A DNA stretch of 59,035 nucleotides, from assembly GCA_035620415.1 (NCBI GenBank), contig DASPGV010000067.1, positions 1-59,035 on the forward strand, in the 5' to 3' direction. The notes below the pieces were generated by a model that saw nothing but the letters and a program-made list of their open reading frames with translations, was not told the origin of the DNA and did not search any database. The DNA is from Nitrososphaera sp. (lineage in GTDB: Archaea; Thermoproteota; Nitrososphaeria; Nitrososphaerales; Nitrososphaeraceae). Both the position numbers and the translations under genes were made by a program. This document shows positions 55,426-59,035 of this stretch, one piece after another. Position 1 is the first letter of the stretch, and each line of letters begins with the position of its first letter.

Positions 55426-56361
55426 TTAAAAGACGTAGGTGGTCCCGACGCTGTTTTGCATGAAAGAGCGCGGCATCCTGCGGAATATCTCGCTTACTGC
55501 CCTCAGGCCAGAGCAGTGGCACGGCACGACAAAGGCTGGTCTGAGCCTTTCGATCTCGTCTATGGTTCTAGAGATTATCGGCTCAAAAAACCCGCCAGAA
55601 AGGTGCATCCCTCCAAGCACGGCATAGATCCTTTCCTCCCCTGACAGCTCCTTTGCATAGTTCAGAGTGTTTACTATTCCAGCATGCCCGCAGCCCGTGA
55701 TGATAACTAGACCCCTTTCCCCCACGTTTAGGACGACGGCCTGGTCGTCCATGATCAACGGGTCGGCCTCCACCTCTCCATCGACTTTGGAATAGTGGTT
55801 TGGGAAGCCCTTTTCAAAGTCATTTGTACGGGGAATCTCTCCAGTGATCAGGACTGTGTCGTGGGCCAGCAGGCTCGCAGAATTCTTTTCGGTGATCTCG
55901 TAACCTGCACCTGCTAGAAGGGATCTGTCAGGAGCCGGCAGGTCTATCGTTCTGCCCTCCGGAAATTTTACCAGCCTGTTCCGAAAGGCGTCCCTGTGGA
56001 GAATCAGCGGGATCTTTTTGTCGCCCATCTTCTTGCGGATGTTGACTAGGCCACCTGCATGGTCGATGTGCCCGTGGCTTGAAATCAGGGACTCGCACCT
56101 AGACAGGTCAAAGCCTAGCACATCTGCGTTATGAGAAGCTGCCATTGGATCCAGCCCAGAGTCGAGCAATATCCTGTGGCTAGACCCGCCGGCATGTACG
56201 GTTATTACCGCGCAAAAGCCATGTTCAGCTATCAGCGGCTTTTCGTACCAATTCTCTGCTATGACCGGCCGGCGTGCAACATTGGTGCTTGGCAGGAGCA
56301 CATCGACATTATTGTCTACCAGGCAGGTGATCTCTACCTTTTCGATTTCTTTTAGGGTCAT
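55426..56361 (-). CDS. Metallo-beta-lactamase fold hydrolase (MJ0448-like)
   Basis: AEHG, SHGHIDHAGG, GCGHAG, GGMHL, PCHC. Confidence 0.92.
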   Translation of the reverse strand: MTLKEIEKVEITCLVDNNVDVLLPSTNVARRPVIAENWYEKPLIAEHGFCAVITVHAGGSSHRILLDSGLDPMAASHNADVLGFDLSRCESLISSHGHIDHAGGLVNIRKKMGDKKIPLILHRDAFRNRLVKFPEGRTIDLPAPDRSLLAGAGYEITEKNSASLLAHDTVLITGEIPRTNDFEKGFPNHYSKVDGEVEADPLIMDDQAVVLNVGERGLVIITGCGHAGIVNTLNYAKELSGEERIYAVLGGMHLSGGFFEPIISRTIDEIERLRPAFVVPCHCSGLRAVSEIFRRMPRSFMQNSVGTTYVF

Positions 56362-56595
56362 GTCTGGATGATAGCAGCAAGTACTAGAAAGGCTTTAGTG
56401 CAATAGACTCAGGCTCGTTGGTCTAATGATCCATTGAAGAGTTCCTAGATAGAGCATGGACAATCGTTGGCTGGACGGCGCAAATAACACATGTGGGCTT
56501 GGGTATTTACCTTCGATGACCCCTATGGGTCGAGATGTAACATTCTTCTAGTACATTACACCGATTTTCATAAATCTTGGCGGCAGAATCTCGGT

Positions 56596-56778
56596 ATGAT
56601 GGCTCGGGATATGCTACCCAGCGAAGACCATCAGAAATCTTACCTGATGAATGAGCTAGAATCGCTTGGACTTAGTACGATAAGGCTGAACGAATTCAAC
56701 GATGCCAGAGAACTGAGTAGCCTCGTAAGAACCATCAAGGAATCGTTTCTGAAAGAGTATCGTGATTCATATCGGTAA
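56596..56778 (+). CDS. Small hypothetical protein
   Basis: MMARDMLP... helical ORF; TTTTCATAAA about 25 nt upstream. Confidence 0.6.
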   Translation: MMARDMLPSEDHQKSYLMNELESLGLSTIRLNEFNDARELSSLVRTIKESFLKEYRDSYR

Positions 56779-56935
56779 CTCCTGCTTGGATCGCGGCGCT
56801 AGTGTGCGGTACCAGCAAATTACAAGTTCTTCAGTTGAGCTGCGTGTCAACTAAAATCCGCCGATAGTTCTATAGCTTACCGTTCACGAAGTCTAGCCGG
56901 CCACTAATTGACGCACCAGCACCTACATCAGTGCG

Positions 56936-57392
56936 TTATCTGCGGTTGCTTGTATGACCATGTAAGCAGACATGACCATCTTTTCTATGATGGAAAATGC
57001 GAACGGTGTTCAAATCATAGTCTGAAAGTCGGAGATCCGAAAGACGCATCAGTAGTTCAGCCGATATCCCATAATCCATATTAGGAGTCATATGGGAACG
57101 ACCCGAGGGCCGCGCTCGACCGGTCACCATCCGGTTCGCCGTAAAGCTGGTATATTATCGAATGGGTCCATTCATCATTTGGCAAGTCAAAGCTACACCA
57201 AGCCCTACAAGGAAAGCCGGCATATGGATCGACCTCAGTTGTGGATGTCGCAAATGCTGTAAAAGTATGCGCGAGAGGGTAGACTGTAAGTAAAGACATG
57301 AAAATCATGACATTCGCAGCGGTCGTAAGAAATCTGTTACGGTGGCTAATATTGTGCCAGCTTTGTCGCCTCAGATATTGTCGGAAACACAT
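56936..57392 (-). pseudogene. Probable fragmented secreted-protein gene
   Basis: Signal-peptide-like ORF overlapping a second ORF in another frame; low-GC region. Confidence 0.35.
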
Positions 57393-57508
57393 ACACTGTA
57401 TCTACCCATTAGGCAACGGTTCACATATGGTTAGGATCATACTTGTCTGATGCCTAGAATAGATAGATAGAAAGATAGGAATATTTTGAGTTCAAATCCT
57501 ATTCAATC

Positions 57509-57841
57509 TTACAATGGCCCAGGAACCGTCGGCAGTAGAAAACCGACAACTGTTGCGGCTATCCACACAATTATCGCTACTCCAAGTGCCCTTAGCCATC
57601 CTATTTCGTAAAGTGCCCTGAGCGCTAGCAGCCAGACGAAACCGCCAATTATCGCTGCAATCCAGCCCGTTCCAAGCAAGAAATAAGCTATTGAATAGAC
57701 GATCGCGCCAATTATCGCGCTTACAAAAGCTCTTCCTATTCCTTCCTTCTGACCAAATAGCTTGGTGACGACATAGATTATGATCGTTGAGATTATCACG
57801 CTTACGACAAGGAATATGATTGATGTGATCGGGTCTGCCAT
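57509..57841 (-). CDS. Small four-TM membrane protein
   Basis: Highly hydrophobic, Y.IGWL.A motif. Confidence 0.8.
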   Translation of the reverse strand: MADPITSIIFLVVSVIISTIIIYVVTKLFGQKEGIGRAFVSAIIGAIVYSIAYFLLGTGWIAAIIGGFVWLLALRALYEIGWLRALGVAIIVWIAATVVGFLLPTVPGPL

Positions 57842-57880
57842 ATCATCTAACCAAGAAGGTTTGTCTATGCGGCATCCGAA

Positions 57881-58816
57881 TCAAAAGTTTATCCTTCGCT
57901 TCGATACTGTGACCACTATTACTGATCCAATGGTTGCAGCCATTATCAATAGAGCCATGGGAAACTCTGGTATAACATTGGTTCCAGCCACTTCTACTCG
58001 GTGTATGCTATGTTTATAATTGATCTCAAAGGTGGATTCAACTTCTGTATTGGATTTCAGTATTACAGAGCCTTCGGTAGCAAGGTTTTGATCTATAAGC
58101 ACAGTCATTTCACCGCTGAGTAGCGCCTTTGGAATGGTAATCTCTGTGATACCAGCGGTTCCGTCGTTGCCTTCTGCGAAGAATGTCACCTTCTTGTCTT
58201 GCTGGTTAAACGTAAAACCATTAATCCCAGAGCTGCTCGCTATAATAACAGCAAAATCTTGGTTCTCTGCTATTACTTTGTGCTCGGCCGGCTCTGCCAC
58301 AGCAAATTCGATCGAGGATTGTAGTGCCGCCGATGTAATCGCGTTCACTATACCTAGAGCATCGGCCTCAAGTTCAATTCTTGCTTCTACAGTGTACGTA
58401 CCTTCTTGGGCACTATCCAATAAAGCGAATGACGTACCGTATTTTCCATCGCTTTCCACTGCGGCATCTTCCCTTGCCACAACATTCCCTTGTCCGTCTT
58501 TTGCTTCAATCTTTATGATATTCAGGGCATCGACCTTTTCAACTAGCTCTGACCAGACCGAACCTCTTACCTTTACATCCTCACCCGGATTGTACAAGTG
58601 ATATTCAAGCTGCAGAGTCAATGGCTTGGTTACATCTGGTGATGCGAGCTCGTATGATGTGGGGTATTCCTCCTGCGCACTACCTTCAACATTAACTTTG
58701 CCGTCGTCATCAGACTGTGCTAGGACTGGTGTCAGCACAGACGCTTGTGCTAAGGCCAGCGACAAGACTAAAGAAATGGAAGTAAAATTCCTCAAAGTCG
58801 AATATCCTGAGATCAT
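57881..58816 (-). CDS. Secreted surface protein with PEF(G/P)-CTERM sorting tail
   Basis: Signal peptide, Y.PGE.V.V.G, IPK.LL.G, GT.VIPEFP + TM + basic residues. Confidence 0.85.
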   Translation of the reverse strand: MISGYSTLRNFTSISLVLSLALAQASVLTPVLAQSDDDGKVNVEGSAQEEYPTSYELASPDVTKPLTLQLEYHLYNPGEDVKVRGSVWSELVEKVDALNIIKIEAKDGQGNVVAREDAAVESDGKYGTSFALLDSAQEGTYTVEARIELEADALGIVNAITSAALQSSIEFAVAEPAEHKVIAENQDFAVIIASSSGINGFTFNQQDKKVTFFAEGNDGTAGITEITIPKALLSGEMTVLIDQNLATEGSVILKSNTEVESTFEINYKHSIHRVEVAGTNVIPEFPMALLIMAATIGSVIVVTVSKRRINF

Positions 58817-58958
58817 ATTGAATATTCACGCGAAGGTTGGATTAAAGAAGTTTCTGACATGACATTCCAGTAGCATCTTCTATTAGTTTTGTATATCTCA
58901 ATGGAAGCTAATCCATTCTGAATTCTATCGCATCGTAAACCCCTGACAATTTGGTAGA

Positions 58959-59035
58959 CTACCGCGCTGCCTCTATTGCTTTATCTGCCTGCTCGGCAGC
59001 TTTCTCGGCCTGCTTTGAAGCCTTGCGCTCGCATT
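58959..59035 (-). CDS. 3' end of a gene truncated by the window edge (Ala/Lys/Glu coiled coil)
   Basis: ...ERKASKQAEKAAEQADKAIEAAR*. Confidence 0.5.
   Translation of the reverse strand, partial: CERKASKQAEKAAEQADKAIEAAR

Overview
Chromosomal segment of a soil/hot-spring-type ammonia-oxidising archaeon (Nitrososphaera-like Thaumarchaeota; inferred from gene content and order). It opens at the probable replication origin: two canonical ORB boxes next to orc1/cdc6 and the PolD small subunit, with dense GTTAAC and AGCT clusters and two winged-helix genes. Core genes follow (tfe, UDG, topA, thiolase/DUF35, an ESCRT-III paralog, nrdJ, a znuABC-like transporter with a NikR-like regulator, lysC, ilvE, eif6, pyrB), plus an S-layer-like gene beside a two-component cluster. 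Most notable: (1) a wHTH + ATP-cone + catalytically dead class III RNR fusion directly upstream of nrdJ; (2) a duplicated nrdJ 5' end followed by RNA hairpins between them; (3) non-ORB repeats at the origin and a second mini-ORB cluster about 6 kb away; (4) about 15 Zn-finger microproteins, most missing from the ORF track; (5) a 16-aa Lys-rich microprotein with its own TATA box; (6) a compact structured RNA candidate; (7) several pseudogenes. No rRNA, tRNA, CRISPR array or transposase was recognised. All calls are from manual reading; no database searches were run.
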